IMG/VR virus record: IMGVR_UViG_3300045988_181536
Coordinates: 96,001 to 160,000 of that record
Strand: one strand, 5' to 3'
Length of the DNA stretch: 64,000 nt
From: a virus
The notes beneath the pieces are model-generated. The model did not search any database, had not been told where the DNA came from, and saw nothing but the letters and a program-made list of their open reading frames with translations. The stretch's first letter is position 1; each line of letters opens with the position of its first letter. Below, one piece after another: positions 38,590-47,952 of this stretch. A program made the translations under genes and the position numbers.

Positions 38590-39369
38590 ATGATTCCTGA
38601 TGAGGACAAATATACGTTAAATAAAGAGACATACGCTGTTGATGATAGTGATTATGTAAGATCATCTTTGGAAAATAAGGTTCAGGCTGCTTTAAAGGAA
38701 AGTTTTCCATTGGAATACGGTGGTGTACGTTTAGAAGTAAAGAATATAAATATTCCAAAGCTTAAGAGATACACCTTAGGCGAACAGAAAAAGGCTTTAC
38801 TGCAAAATAAATATTTAGCCAATAGTGTTAGAGGAGATTTGTATCTTTATGATGCAAAAACTGGTGAACTCTTAGATGTAGCTCCAGAAAGAACTTTAAT
38901 GAGAGTTCCGTATTATACTGAACGTGGCACATTTATTCATAATGGTAACGAGTACAACACTTTAAGACAAATGAGGCTGCGTCCTGGAGTGTATTCTCGG
39001 AGAAAATCAAATGGCGAATTAGAATCACAGTTTAATGTGGAGAGAGGTACAGGCAACGGATTCAGGGTATCTTTAGACCCGTCATCTGGTATTTATAAAT
39101 TAAATGTAGGGCAATCTAGCTCAAATCTTTACTCAATACTACATGACCTTGGTATACCTGATGAAGAACTAGAATCAGCCTGGGGGCCGGATATTTTAGC
39201 ACGTAATAAACGTAGATATGACCCAAGAGCTTTATCCAAAGTTCACAGTAAATTGGTACCGAAGCGCATTTCAAAAGCGACAAACAGGGATGAAATGATT
39301 GCTGAATTAAAAGAGGCATTTGATAATCAGCAAATTGATGAAGAAATTAAATTAAGAAATTTAGGATAA
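38590..39369 (+). CDS. rpoB: multisubunit RNA polymerase beta subunit, N-terminal fragment
   Basis: 'RVPYYTERGTFIHNGNEYNTLRQMRLRPGVYS' matches bacterial RpoB '[33 protein letters not shown]'. 'RVSLDPSSGIYKLNVGQ...LYSILHDLGIPDEEL' matches 'LDFEFDPKDNLFVRIDRR...IILRALNYTTEQIL'. Confidence 0.7.
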   Translation: MIPDEDKYTLNKETYAVDDSDYVRSSLENKVQAALKESFPLEYGGVRLEVKNINIPKLKRYTLGEQKKALLQNKYLANSVRGDLYLYDAKTGELLDVAPERTLMRVPYYTERGTFIHNGNEYNTLRQMRLRPGVYSRRKSNGELESQFNVERGTGNGFRVSLDPSSGIYKLNVGQSSSNLYSILHDLGIPDEELESAWGPDILARNKRRYDPRALSKVHSKLVPKRISKATNRDEMIAELKEAFDNQQIDEEIKLRNLG

Positions 39370-39376
39370 TTTATAC

Positions 39377-40519
39377 ATGTCGTTTAACATTAGTAATTTT
39401 AAAAAATTTGCGGATTACGCTCCAATCTACATTCCAAAGAACACCGTCACCAAAGATGAAGCAAATGTTTGGGCTCAAGATCCAAATAATGCTAAAATTG
39501 TACGAGAATTTCAGCAAAACGTAGATAATTTGGCAAAAGAAAATTACCTTTCAAATGCTGTCAAAGATAATGAGCTTTTAAAAGTTAATAAAAAGGATAA
39601 TGGCCTGGTGCGAATGGGGAAAAATGTTATTAATTCCTCTGCAAATTTTGCTACAGACTTGTATTATAATGCTCCTAAAGCTTTGAAATATGTGTCTCCA
39701 ATTGGCGCTATTACCTCTAAAGTTATGCAATGGAATAAACCTGATTCGCATGCAAAAGTGCAGCAAATGATGAAGGAACATCCGGAGTTGCGTTATTTTT
39801 CATCAGGTCTTAATGCCTATAAAGGTTATTACGATCCCAATACTATGGCTCGCAATGCAGCGCAAGATGCAAATAACCTTAAAAATGAAATTGATAACAA
39901 CGCTCTTAGCGCAGGACTTACTGCTGCAGCAACTGCAGCTACCTTACCTGTAGGTGGCGCGGGCGGTTTAGTTGCACGAGGTGGTAGTTTAGCCGCTTCC
40001 AGAATTGCCGCTCGAACAGGAAGTAAGGGCTTAGGGAAAACTGTAGATTGGGTTTCTAGAAATCTTTTAGAACCTGGCATTCAATATTCAGTTAACCCTA
40101 TGGCGGCTGTGGGAGGTGTGGCTAAATCATTAGTCCCAGGAGGCGCACGTTCTTTATCAAGTCGAGCAGTAGAGGGTGCTTTAGGGGCTTCCATATTGCC
40201 ATGGGGAAATAATTCTGTAGATAATGCGTATAAGACGGATTTTAATTTTAAAACTTTCTTAAAAAATAATCCTGAATTTGCGAATTTATCTGATGATGAT
40301 CAGGGGCGATTATATCAATATTTGCAAGACTTTGGATTTGAAAACTATATACGCAATAATCCAGAATTGTTAAAACGTATTGAAAATACTCCTGAACAGG
40401 ATCGAGCGAAGCTACTTAACGAGTTACGTGCAAATTATAAAGGAGGGATTCCAAATATAAAGGAGCATGCTGCAGAATATAATGAGTTGCGTAATGCTCT
40501 TTTAAATGCCAATAGGTAG
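39377..40519 (+). CDS. hypothetical Gly/Ala-rich protein encoded between the two beta-subunit fragments
   Basis: 'AAATAATLPVGGAGGLVARGGSLAASRIAARTGSKGLGKTV'. No similarity to the beta lobe was recognised by eye. Confidence 0.35.
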   Translation: MSFNISNFKKFADYAPIYIPKNTVTKDEANVWAQDPNNAKIVREFQQNVDNLAKENYLSNAVKDNELLKVNKKDNGLVRMGKNVINSSANFATDLYYNAPKALKYVSPIGAITSKVMQWNKPDSHAKVQQMMKEHPELRYFSSGLNAYKGYYDPNTMARNAAQDANNLKNEIDNNALSAGLTAAATAATLPVGGAGGLVARGGSLAASRIAARTGSKGLGKTVDWVSRNLLEPGIQYSVNPMAAVGGVAKSLVPGGARSLSSRAVEGALGASILPWGNNSVDNAYKTDFNFKTFLKNNPEFANLSDDDQGRLYQYLQDFGFENYIRNNPELLKRIENTPEQDRAKLLNELRANYKGGIPNIKEHAAEYNELRNALLNANR

Positions 40520-40527
40520 TAAGCAGA

Positions 40528-41685
40528 TTGGTTAATATTATGTTTAAGTTTAACACCCATAAAAAAGCATCTACTTCACCATTTCCGAAAATTCAAGTGG
40601 CGGAAATGGACAAAAATACCCCAAGAGCTTCAGTAGGATTGGATTCGGTTATCAAAGCTACAAAAAAACTTTTAGCGATAAATCGCGGAGATACGGATTC
40701 TGACGAAAGAGATTCTTTAAGATTTAAAAAGATTTTAGGGCCTGATGATTTAATTGCTGAACGGGTCAGATTGGATGCTGGAAAATTGCGCAATGCTTTA
40801 ATGTTTAAGCTAAGCAAGAATCGCAGTTTAAAATTCTTCCCGTCCGGAGCTTTTGATTCTTATGCCACTGGACATATTATAGGTAATCCTTTGTCTTTGC
40901 CATCAGAAGAAATTAATCCGGTTTATAATCTTGATCAACAATCACGAGTGACGGTTTTTGGCCCCGGTGGAGTTTCATCAGCTGATTTAGTATCTGAAGA
41001 GGCGCAAAATGTGCACCCAAGTCAGTTTGGAGTGATTGATGCCGTGGTGGGCCCTGAATGTTTGGTGTTTAATCCGAGATATGAGATTTTAACTGAGACT
41101 GGATTTAAATCTATAAAGGATATAACTTTAAAAGATAAAATTGGTTATTGGAAGCGTGACGATAGAATCATAGGTTTTACAGAACCGGATAAGATCATAT
41201 TGCAAGAATACGAAGGGAATATTGTTGGCATTGACAATGGAGTAATTTTTCAGGAAACAACACCTGATCACCGTGTTTTAATAACGAATCCGGATTTGGC
41301 AAAGGATTTGCAATATGAGATTGTTGAAGCAAAAGATCTCATAGAAAATCCTTTAAAAGATATTTATTTATTTTCTGTACAGCAGGATTTATGTAAACAA
41401 TCTTTAAAAATTGTGCCTGACAATTGTTATGTAAAACATTTTCATGGTCAAATTTGGTGCTTGAAAATTTCCGGTGGTATGTTTGTTATACGTTATGGTT
41501 CAGAAGGAATACCTTATTGGACTGGTAACTCAGAGAAAATAGGAGTTGACGTTAGGCTAGCTTCTATGACAAGAATTGGTAAAAACGGAAAATTATATAC
41601 TTTATTAAGGGATCGAAAAACCGGTAAAAAGGTTTGGATGACACCTGATGAAATAGAGGACAACATTGTAAGTTTTCCGGTTTAA
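40528..41685 (+). CDS. rpoB: multisubunit RNA polymerase beta subunit, middle fragment, with a mini-intein; the ORF ends where bacterial beta continues
   Basis: 'RGDTDSDERDSLRFKKIL' matches RpoB 'NGKGEVDDIDHLGNRRIR'. 'SRVTVFGPGGVS...QNVHPSQFGVIDAVVGPE|C' matches '[37 protein letters not shown]|PN'. After the intein, 'SEKIGVDVRLAS...GKLYTLLRDRK' matches 'NIGLINSLS...GFLETPYRK'. The likely start is ATG 40540. Confidence 0.7.
   Translation: MVNIMFKFNTHKKASTSPFPKIQVAEMDKNTPRASVGLDSVIKATKKLLAINRGDTDSDERDSLRFKKILGPDDLIAERVRLDAGKLRNALMFKLSKNRSLKFFPSGAFDSYATGHIIGNPLSLPSEEINPVYNLDQQSRVTVFGPGGVSSADLVSEEAQNVHPSQFGVIDAVVGPECLVFNPRYEILTETGFKSIKDITLKDKIGYWKRDDRIIGFTEPDKIILQEYEGNIVGIDNGVIFQETTPDHRVLITNPDLAKDLQYEIVEAKDLIENPLKDIYLFSVQQDLCKQSLKIVPDNCYVKHFHGQIWCLKISGGMFVIRYGSEGIPYWTGNSEKIGVDVRLASMTRIGKNGKLYTLLRDRKTGKKVWMTPDEIEDNIVSFPV
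41059..41529 (+). mobile_element. mini-intein (~157 aa, no endonuclease domain) in the beta subunit between GPE and IG(L/V)
   Basis: Block A 'CLVFNPRYEILTETGFKSIKDI', block B 'TPDH'. Ends '...IPYWTGN' followed by +1 Ser. The penultimate residue is Gly, not His. Confidence 0.55.
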
Positions 41686-41710
41686 TTAAAGAATAATATT
41701 AAAATAAAAA

Positions 41711-43321
41711 ATGACACAAAAAGAAATTATAGAAAAGGTTATAGACTCTTTAAGAAATGTTTTAAATTCGGAAGAGGAGGTTATTGAGGTTGCAAAAGTT
41801 TTCACAAGGGATGGTTATAGGGAAGCCAGAAAGGCTGATTCTTCGTCATTTCCTTCTGATAAAATCATAGCAAAAGTCTTTGGCAGCTTTAAAGAATTTA
41901 AATTCCAACTTTTAGCTACATTGCAAGGGAGACGTACAGCGGATACTTCCGATTCTGATACCAAACATAGCACAGGTAATTCGGAATACATAGTAGAAGC
42001 TGACGGGGTTTTATATAATCCAAATACTGAAGATTATGTATTTGATTTCACCAATGTTGCAAATATAGCTAATGTTATAACTATTAAGAAAACTCAACTT
42101 TTAGCGATTTTGCAGGATTATTCGAATTTTGATAATGATCCTCAAACGGTTTCGGCAATTGCTTTAAAACATAAGATTCCTACATTCATATTAGAGAAGA
42201 TTTTACACAAGCTCAGATTTAGGCATAATTCCTTGCCTGTTACATCGTCTTATCTGACTGAAGTAAATGATGATGAAAAGGTTGTTGAAGATTTGGCAGC
42301 AATTCGTAAATTTCGTGTAGCTGAAAAATACAATCACCTGCAGTGGAAAGAGATACAGCTAAATGCGAATAAGTGGATTCAGTTTGAGCAATGCATCTAT
42401 AATCCTATAAAGGATGTGCTTTCGACGTTTAAACTTCCCAGAGTTACTCAGGATTGTTTGCCTAAATCAATAAATATAGGGAAAAATTCTTGTAAATTTG
42501 CAAAGGATAAATCATTTGTTGTTACTTTATCTGATCTTCACTTTGGAGTTTTTACAGATAAAAATAATGTGTTTTATTCTGATAAGGATTGGACTATAGA
42601 AAGTACTAAACGTGCCGTTGATAATTATATTAAACAAATTGTCGATGAACTTTCAAATATGCGCGTTATACCGAAGGAATGTATTATTATTTCCCTTGGG
42701 GATATTTTACATTCAATTACAGGATTTACAGACAAAGGCACTCAATTAATTGTAAATCCTAGAGGTGTGACTCAATTTAAATATGCCTTGGAATCAATTT
42801 CTTATTTCCTACAGCAACTTGCGGCAATTTGGAAGGGTATTTCACGGATAAAGGTTTTAGCTGTGAGTGGGAATCATGATTCATTTGGAGATTGGGTATT
42901 GTTTACTTGCCTTGAACAAATGTTTAAGGATGTTATGGATTTTGAAATCGGCTCATCTCGCTGGTTGATTTTCCAATATGGAGCGAATGCTTGTGTATTG
43001 GAACATGGTGCAGCTGCAAAATATCATAGTAAGGTGCCAAGTGATGATAAATCCAAAGAAAATTATGTGCAAAAATTACTCTTAGAAAAGATAGCCCAAT
43101 TTAAATCTCCAGTTTTAAATCGCTATTTCTTTATGGGAGACAGGCACCATTACAATCAAAAAGAGATGTCGTCTTTTGAATTTATTCAATTGCCTACTTT
43201 AGTGCCATCGGATGATTATGCGGATAACTTAAACTTAAGTAGCCGTGCTCGTCAGATTTGTTTTGTAATGGATGCGCAAAAAGGTATTATTAAAACAATA
43301 AACTTTTTTATTGACGTTTAA
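41711..43321 (+). CDS. calcineurin-like metallophosphoesterase with a ~250-aa N-terminal extra domain
   Basis: Motifs 'VVTLSDLHFG', 'ISLGDILH', 'AVSGNHDSF', 'VLEHGAAAKYH', 'MGDRHHY'. Confidence 0.7.
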   Translation: MTQKEIIEKVIDSLRNVLNSEEEVIEVAKVFTRDGYREARKADSSSFPSDKIIAKVFGSFKEFKFQLLATLQGRRTADTSDSDTKHSTGNSEYIVEADGVLYNPNTEDYVFDFTNVANIANVITIKKTQLLAILQDYSNFDNDPQTVSAIALKHKIPTFILEKILHKLRFRHNSLPVTSSYLTEVNDDEKVVEDLAAIRKFRVAEKYNHLQWKEIQLNANKWIQFEQCIYNPIKDVLSTFKLPRVTQDCLPKSINIGKNSCKFAKDKSFVVTLSDLHFGVFTDKNNVFYSDKDWTIESTKRAVDNYIKQIVDELSNMRVIPKECIIISLGDILHSITGFTDKGTQLIVNPRGVTQFKYALESISYFLQQLAAIWKGISRIKVLAVSGNHDSFGDWVLFTCLEQMFKDVMDFEIGSSRWLIFQYGANACVLEHGAAAKYHSKVPSDDKSKENYVQKLLLEKIAQFKSPVLNRYFFMGDRHHYNQKEMSSFEFIQLPTLVPSDDYADNLNLSSRARQICFVMDAQKGIIKTINFFIDV

Positions 43322-43356
43322 GAAATAATTTTGCTTAATTATTCTATAATAATTCT

Positions 43357-43572
43357 ATGGATAAGAAATTTCAAAAGATGCAGCAACAAATAAAGCAAGC
43401 TTATGTGCTTGGATTTAAAAATCAGTGCAAGATTCTCGGCGCTTCAAAAGAACAAGTGCCTGAGTTAACAAAAATTGCATCGGCACATTTTGACAAGGTT
43501 GGCAATCGTTATACTCAAAAGGTTGCCAGCTGCAAGGATGCTATTAGAGAAGCTCTAGCTTCTTTAAAGTAG
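43357..43572 (+). CDS. hypothetical small protein
   Basis: ORF only. Confidence 0.3.
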   Translation: MDKKFQKMQQQIKQAYVLGFKNQCKILGASKEQVPELTKIASAHFDKVGNRYTQKVASCKDAIREALASLK

Positions 43573-43604
43573 TTTTTGCTTTTGTTGCATAGGTTCCTTT
43601 TTAA

Positions 43605-43645
43605 GCACACACTGCTTGAAATGTCTTGCAGTGTGTGCATTTTTG
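43605..43645 (+). terminator. intrinsic terminator (11-bp stem 'gcacacactgc/gcagtgtgtgc' plus T-tract)
   Basis: Perfect inverted repeat followed by 'atttttgtg'. It overlaps the annotated start of ORF 43626, so that start is probably wrong. Confidence 0.65.
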
Positions 43646-44285
43646 TGTTCCTATCTTGGACATGTTGGTAGATTTAAAGAAGTTAGATGAAGCTTTAAAA
43701 TTTGTTGCACGTGCTAATAACCTAACCTTAAAAGGGTTTCTAACAGGAAAAGGTCTTCAGCGCGGTATTATTTATTATCTCAAAAAGGTATGCGATACTC
43801 CATCTTTGTATACCTTAGAGAAAGTTTTTAATGCTGCAGGATTAAATCCTACAAGTTTTATATTTACACCTTCTTCCAAAACCGTGCCGTTTAACCCTGT
43901 GTCTGATCTGTTATGTCCGGAAAAAATAGTCACCCGAGATAATTTAAAGTTATTTTTTAAATCATTGATTTACAATTATGGTGATTATCTAATGAGTTTA
44001 AGTTTTATCCATAAATTTTTATCTAATGAATTTCCGGATATTCGTATGGATTTGCTTATTTATGGGGATAAAAAACATGCGTGTTTAACTATAAATTTAT
44101 CTGACGATAAAGTTATATACATTTATTTTAGATTGTGGCATAACAAAATTTATAGCTGCTTGGCAGACAGTACAATTCCTGCGGAGAATTTAAACAAGGT
44201 TGCGTATGATTCCTTGACAGCTACGATTATTTTAAAATATTTAAGAATAGTAGACTTAAATACAACTTTGATTAAAACAACATAA
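43626..44285 (+). CDS. hypothetical protein (the real start is probably the downstream ATG, 'MLVDLKK' at ~43662)
   Basis: The annotated start lies inside the terminator hairpin. Confidence 0.35.
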   Translation: MQCVHFCVPILDMLVDLKKLDEALKFVARANNLTLKGFLTGKGLQRGIIYYLKKVCDTPSLYTLEKVFNAAGLNPTSFIFTPSSKTVPFNPVSDLLCPEKIVTRDNLKLFFKSLIYNYGDYLMSLSFIHKFLSNEFPDIRMDLLIYGDKKHACLTINLSDDKVIYIYFRLWHNKIYSCLADSTIPAENLNKVAYDSLTATIILKYLRIVDLNTTLIKTT

Positions 44286-44289
44286 AATC

Positions 44290-44931
44290 ATGAGCATCAT
44301 AAAGGAGCCAAAATCTTCAGTGGACATGTTTGCTAATATTTCTAAAAGCATTCAACCTGTAGATGTAAAAAGCAGAGTAACTATCAAAAATTTTCCTGTT
44401 GTGTCAAACACTTCGTTGGAAGATAAAATCAATGTTAACCCAGTCCCTGTGGATACAGCGATTGAAGAAATAAAAAAATCTGAAGCATTTAAAAAGGAAT
44501 TGCCTGCAGAGGATGCAACAATTGTAGAAAGGTTAAATGCCATTCATAGGGATATTTTTGAAGTAAAAAATTTATTAACAAAAGTATCTTTAACTCCTGA
44601 AGTTAATAATTATCCAGCTATAACTTCCACAGAACCTTTAGATAAATCAGAGGGCATTTTTGTTATTCCGAATGTTATAAATTATAACTTTAAGTTTATT
44701 AAGTTTCAACAGGATGGCAATCTATGCAGTTTAATTGTTGATCCAAAAGATTTTACTTTAGAGGTAAACCCTGGAACAGAGGCAGTAATTAAACTACCTC
44801 AGAAGGGTGAACCCGATATTTATATGGAATTTAATTTACGGGTTTTGTCTTCAAAAATTTTAGTCGATTTAGGTAATGTAGAATATAATATATTTCTTTT
44901 CTATATTCCACAGCATACAACAAAAGCTTGA
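44290..44931 (+). CDS. hypothetical protein
   Basis: ORF only. Confidence 0.3.
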   Translation: MSIIKEPKSSVDMFANISKSIQPVDVKSRVTIKNFPVVSNTSLEDKINVNPVPVDTAIEEIKKSEAFKKELPAEDATIVERLNAIHRDIFEVKNLLTKVSLTPEVNNYPAITSTEPLDKSEGIFVIPNVINYNFKFIKFQQDGNLCSLIVDPKDFTLEVNPGTEAVIKLPQKGEPDIYMEFNLRVLSSKILVDLGNVEYNIFLFYIPQHTTKA

Positions 44932-45134
44932 CTGTGGTTATACTTTTGAGCAAAATTGTACTTAATATGATAAAAAAAGGCGTAGTAGTCAAAGATGAAT
45001 CTTCTCAGCAAGAGGTATCAGAAGAAGAACTTTTAAAAGACAAGAAAGAGAATATTTCTGATAATTGTCCAGATTTTGCGAGTATTATAGCTGAATTGCC
45101 TCTTTCCAAGCCTGAAAATCAAGATGTCCGATAG
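44928..45134 (+). CDS. hypothetical small acidic protein
   Basis: ORF with start/stop overlaps to its neighbours. Confidence 0.25.
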   Translation: MTVVILLSKIVLNMIKKGVVVKDESSQQEVSEEELLKDKKENISDNCPDFASIIAELPLSKPENQDVR

Positions 45135-46911
45135 GCCCATTATATCCGATTTTTTCTCTCCCTATGCTTCAAAGTTTAGGGATCCTGTTTTCATGCCTTC
45201 ATCGGCATGGTTTCCGAGAACTCTAAGCGAAGGGTTTGAACTATGTCAGTGGCTGTATGCCAATGTTCCGATTTTTCGTCAAGTAGTTCGTAGACTTACA
45301 TCGTTTTTTATATCGGATTTTGAATTTAAGAATTGCGATGAAGCTACGCAAAAATCTTTAAGAGCATTTTTTAATGATATTCTTGATATAAAACAGGTTA
45401 TGCAGAATATTGGGGATGAATGGGGGTGTTATGGGAATGCCTTTATAAGGTTATATGTACCATTTCGTCGAATTTTAATTGATCCCCGTCCGCAATTCAG
45501 CGGTAAATTTTATACCTTTACGGATTTTCGTGATAATATTAGTTTAGTTAAATATAATTCAAAAGATTTAACTTTTACAGTTCCTGATCCTCAAAATAAT
45601 TTTCAAGGCACAATTACTTGTCAGTTTATAGATAAGATCGATAAGCGTAAAGAAAACTTTCGCTTAATGCTTATTGACCCTCGTTATATTAGGATCATTC
45701 ATAGTAGAATTAACGGGGAAAATACTTATATTTGGAAGTTTGATCAAGACATAAGAGAGCAAGTGGAACGAGGAGTACTTGACGTAATTAACACGATTCC
45801 GCGTTCTATGCTGGAAGCTTTGAATAAAAATCAGGATTTTAAATTTAATAAAGGTGAATTATTTCATTTTAGAGGTCCTGTAATTTCTGGGTTGTCACGT
45901 GACGGCTGGGGTATTTCAGAGTTCTTGTTAAACTTTCGTGTAATCTATAAATTGCTACTTTATTCAAAGGCTGACGAAATGTTGGCTTTGGATTACGTAA
46001 CACCGCTTCGAGTTATATCTTTGGATCCTCACGCATTACAAGGAGGTAACGACAGCATTGCTCAGTCTTTTGACGCAGTAATGTTCAGGGATCAAATGAC
46101 TCGTATGGTTGCCAATTATAGGGCTGACCCAACAACTTGGCAAGTAGCGCCTTTTGCGTTGAGCTATCAAGAGCTGGGAGGCACGGGCAAACAGTATATT
46201 AGTAAAGACATAATAAATGCGGAAAAAGAAGAATTGCTTAATGGTGCAGGCTTTCCGTCGCGTTTGTATGATTTGTCTTTAGACTTGCAGGTTTTACCTA
46301 CATCTTTAAAGGTTTTACAAAATAATTTTTGGTATATTTATAATCAATTTAATAAATTGGGCAAATGGGTCTTAAAAAAGACGCAAAAGATATTTAATGA
46401 AAAGCCTGTCGAAGTTGAGTTGCCACAACCGAGGATTATTGATGACATTGAAACACAAGCTGCCAAGATGAATCTCGGTATGCAAGGGTTACTTCCGTAT
46501 AAAACCTTTATGGAATCGTTGGGCATTACCGATCCAATCAGTTCCATCACTCAAAGACAGCGTGAAGACGCCCAGATACAAGTTGAGCAACAGAAAGTTC
46601 AAGAAGAAATTCAAAAGGAGCAAGAAGCACGCCAGAATCTTGAAGCCGAACTTCAAGATAACTCTATGGCTGCAGGTGGTGCTGCTCCAAGCACTTCCGT
46701 GCTGACAATGGAACAAAGGGCCATGGGCATAGCACAACAGCTGTTAGCGATGCCAGTAGGCCAATCGAGACAGCAACTACAACAGCTTGAACAATCTGAC
46801 TTTACCTTGTATTCATTGGTGAGGTCTTATATGAATAAAGAACGAGATCAAATGAGGAATCAAGGCTATGCCCTAATGAAAGAACAGAATGGATATAACT
46901 TAAATGGCTAA
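45124..46911 (+). CDS. hypothetical 595-aa protein with a Gln/Glu-rich C-terminal coiled coil (a portal or structural role is possible but unproven)
   Basis: The size and C-terminal coiled coil are the only clues. No motif recognised. Confidence 0.3.
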   Translation: MSDRPIISDFFSPYASKFRDPVFMPSSAWFPRTLSEGFELCQWLYANVPIFRQVVRRLTSFFISDFEFKNCDEATQKSLRAFFNDILDIKQVMQNIGDEWGCYGNAFIRLYVPFRRILIDPRPQFSGKFYTFTDFRDNISLVKYNSKDLTFTVPDPQNNFQGTITCQFIDKIDKRKENFRLMLIDPRYIRIIHSRINGENTYIWKFDQDIREQVERGVLDVINTIPRSMLEALNKNQDFKFNKGELFHFRGPVISGLSRDGWGISEFLLNFRVIYKLLLYSKADEMLALDYVTPLRVISLDPHALQGGNDSIAQSFDAVMFRDQMTRMVANYRADPTTWQVAPFALSYQELGGTGKQYISKDIINAEKEELLNGAGFPSRLYDLSLDLQVLPTSLKVLQNNFWYIYNQFNKLGKWVLKKTQKIFNEKPVEVELPQPRIIDDIETQAAKMNLGMQGLLPYKTFMESLGITDPISSITQRQREDAQIQVEQQKVQEEIQKEQEARQNLEAELQDNSMAAGGAAPSTSVLTMEQRAMGIAQQLLAMPVGQSRQQLQQLEQSDFTLYSLVRSYMNKERDQMRNQGYALMKEQNGYNLNG

Positions 46912-47644
46912 TTCAAATACACAAGCAGCATTTGATATTTTTTCTTCTTTATTTAAAGACCTTAGCTTAGGTAAAACTACAAAGCTAAGAACTGACACTG
47001 CAGATAGTGTTAAAGTAAAAGATGGAGATACAGATGTAGAATTTGGGGTGAATGATAATTCGCGTCAAATTAATAGTCTGCCAAAAGTTAGTGATTTTAA
47101 GTTAAAATTCGATTTAGGCAATCGCTTTCCACAAAATACCATGGACTCAGGTTCAAGCATTCAATTTCCGCCGAATTTTTACACATACGAATACTCTAAT
47201 GTCAGCACTGGTACAGGTGCAGGGCAAGAAATATTTCCACGTTCTATGGTCAAATCTTCTGCTGTTGATTGGAAAAATATTCCCGAGGTTAAGCCTGGTA
47301 CACAATTTGTGTATAATCCATCGAAATTCGAAGAGTTTAGAGACGCTGCACTTGATATTACGAAACCCATTAATCCTTTATATATTACAGGACAATCTGC
47401 AAAGGGCGGTGCAATACAAGGTGCATTGGGAGGTGCTTTAAGTTTTGGGGCATTAGGAGCATTAGCAAATGCTGGATATCGTTGGTGGAGAAATAGAGGA
47501 TTACCTCCTGAATATCGAGATCCTGAAGATACACTATCACGGTCTCTGTTAAAAGGGGCTTTAGCAGTAGGCGGTGCTGGCGCCTTATTAGGTGCGTTGT
47601 TAGGTTCTGAACAAAAAGGGGAGAAATCTACATGGGAGGCTTAG
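46904..47644 (+). CDS. hypothetical protein with a C-terminal glycine-zipper segment
   Basis: 'GGAIQGALGGALSFGALGALANAG' and 'GALAVGGAGALLGALLG'. Confidence 0.35.
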   Translation: MANSNTQAAFDIFSSLFKDLSLGKTTKLRTDTADSVKVKDGDTDVEFGVNDNSRQINSLPKVSDFKLKFDLGNRFPQNTMDSGSSIQFPPNFYTYEYSNVSTGTGAGQEIFPRSMVKSSAVDWKNIPEVKPGTQFVYNPSKFEEFRDAALDITKPINPLYITGQSAKGGAIQGALGGALSFGALGALANAGYRWWRNRGLPPEYRDPEDTLSRSLLKGALAVGGAGALLGALLGSEQKGEKSTWEA

Positions 47645-47952
47645 AGCAAAGGTTACTACAGGATTATACATTACCTTATAATCAACGTATGGCTTTAATT
47701 GGTTATGTACAAACATTACCTTACAGCATTCAATCTCAATTAAATGCAGCCACATCTACAGCAATGGGTGCAGGTTTAGGTGCAGTGGTAGCCAAATTGT
47801 TGTTTAACATGGGGTTAAAGGGTTCTATTATTATGTCTATATTAGGTGGACTTATGGGAAGAACAATGGGCATAAATAATTCTTTGACACCCCCGGCATT
47901 TAATCCTTTACAAAATTCTGGATTTAGAGATACTTTTGGAAGGCTGCTTTAA
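47632..47952 (+). CDS. small glycine-zipper membrane protein
   Basis: 'AMGAGLGAVVAKLLFNMGLKGSIIMSILGGLMG'. Confidence 0.35.
   Translation: MGGLEQRLLQDYTLPYNQRMALIGYVQTLPYSIQSQLNAATSTAMGAGLGAVVAKLLFNMGLKGSIIMSILGGLMGRTMGINNSLTPPAFNPLQNSGFRDTFGRLL

Noticed and set aside
39377-40519. Interpreting the Gly/Ala-rich 380-aa ORF as the missing beta lobe of RpoB
   Set aside because: No sequence resemblance to RpoB lobe regions could be seen by eye. Its composition looks like an unrelated low-complexity protein. A profile search is needed.
40528-43321. Trans-splicing split intein spanning ORFs 40528-41685 and 41711-43321
   Set aside because: The Hint domain ends with TGN|S inside the first ORF and the RpoB sequence resumes in the same ORF. 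The next ORF is a metallophosphoesterase with no intein C-terminal blocks.
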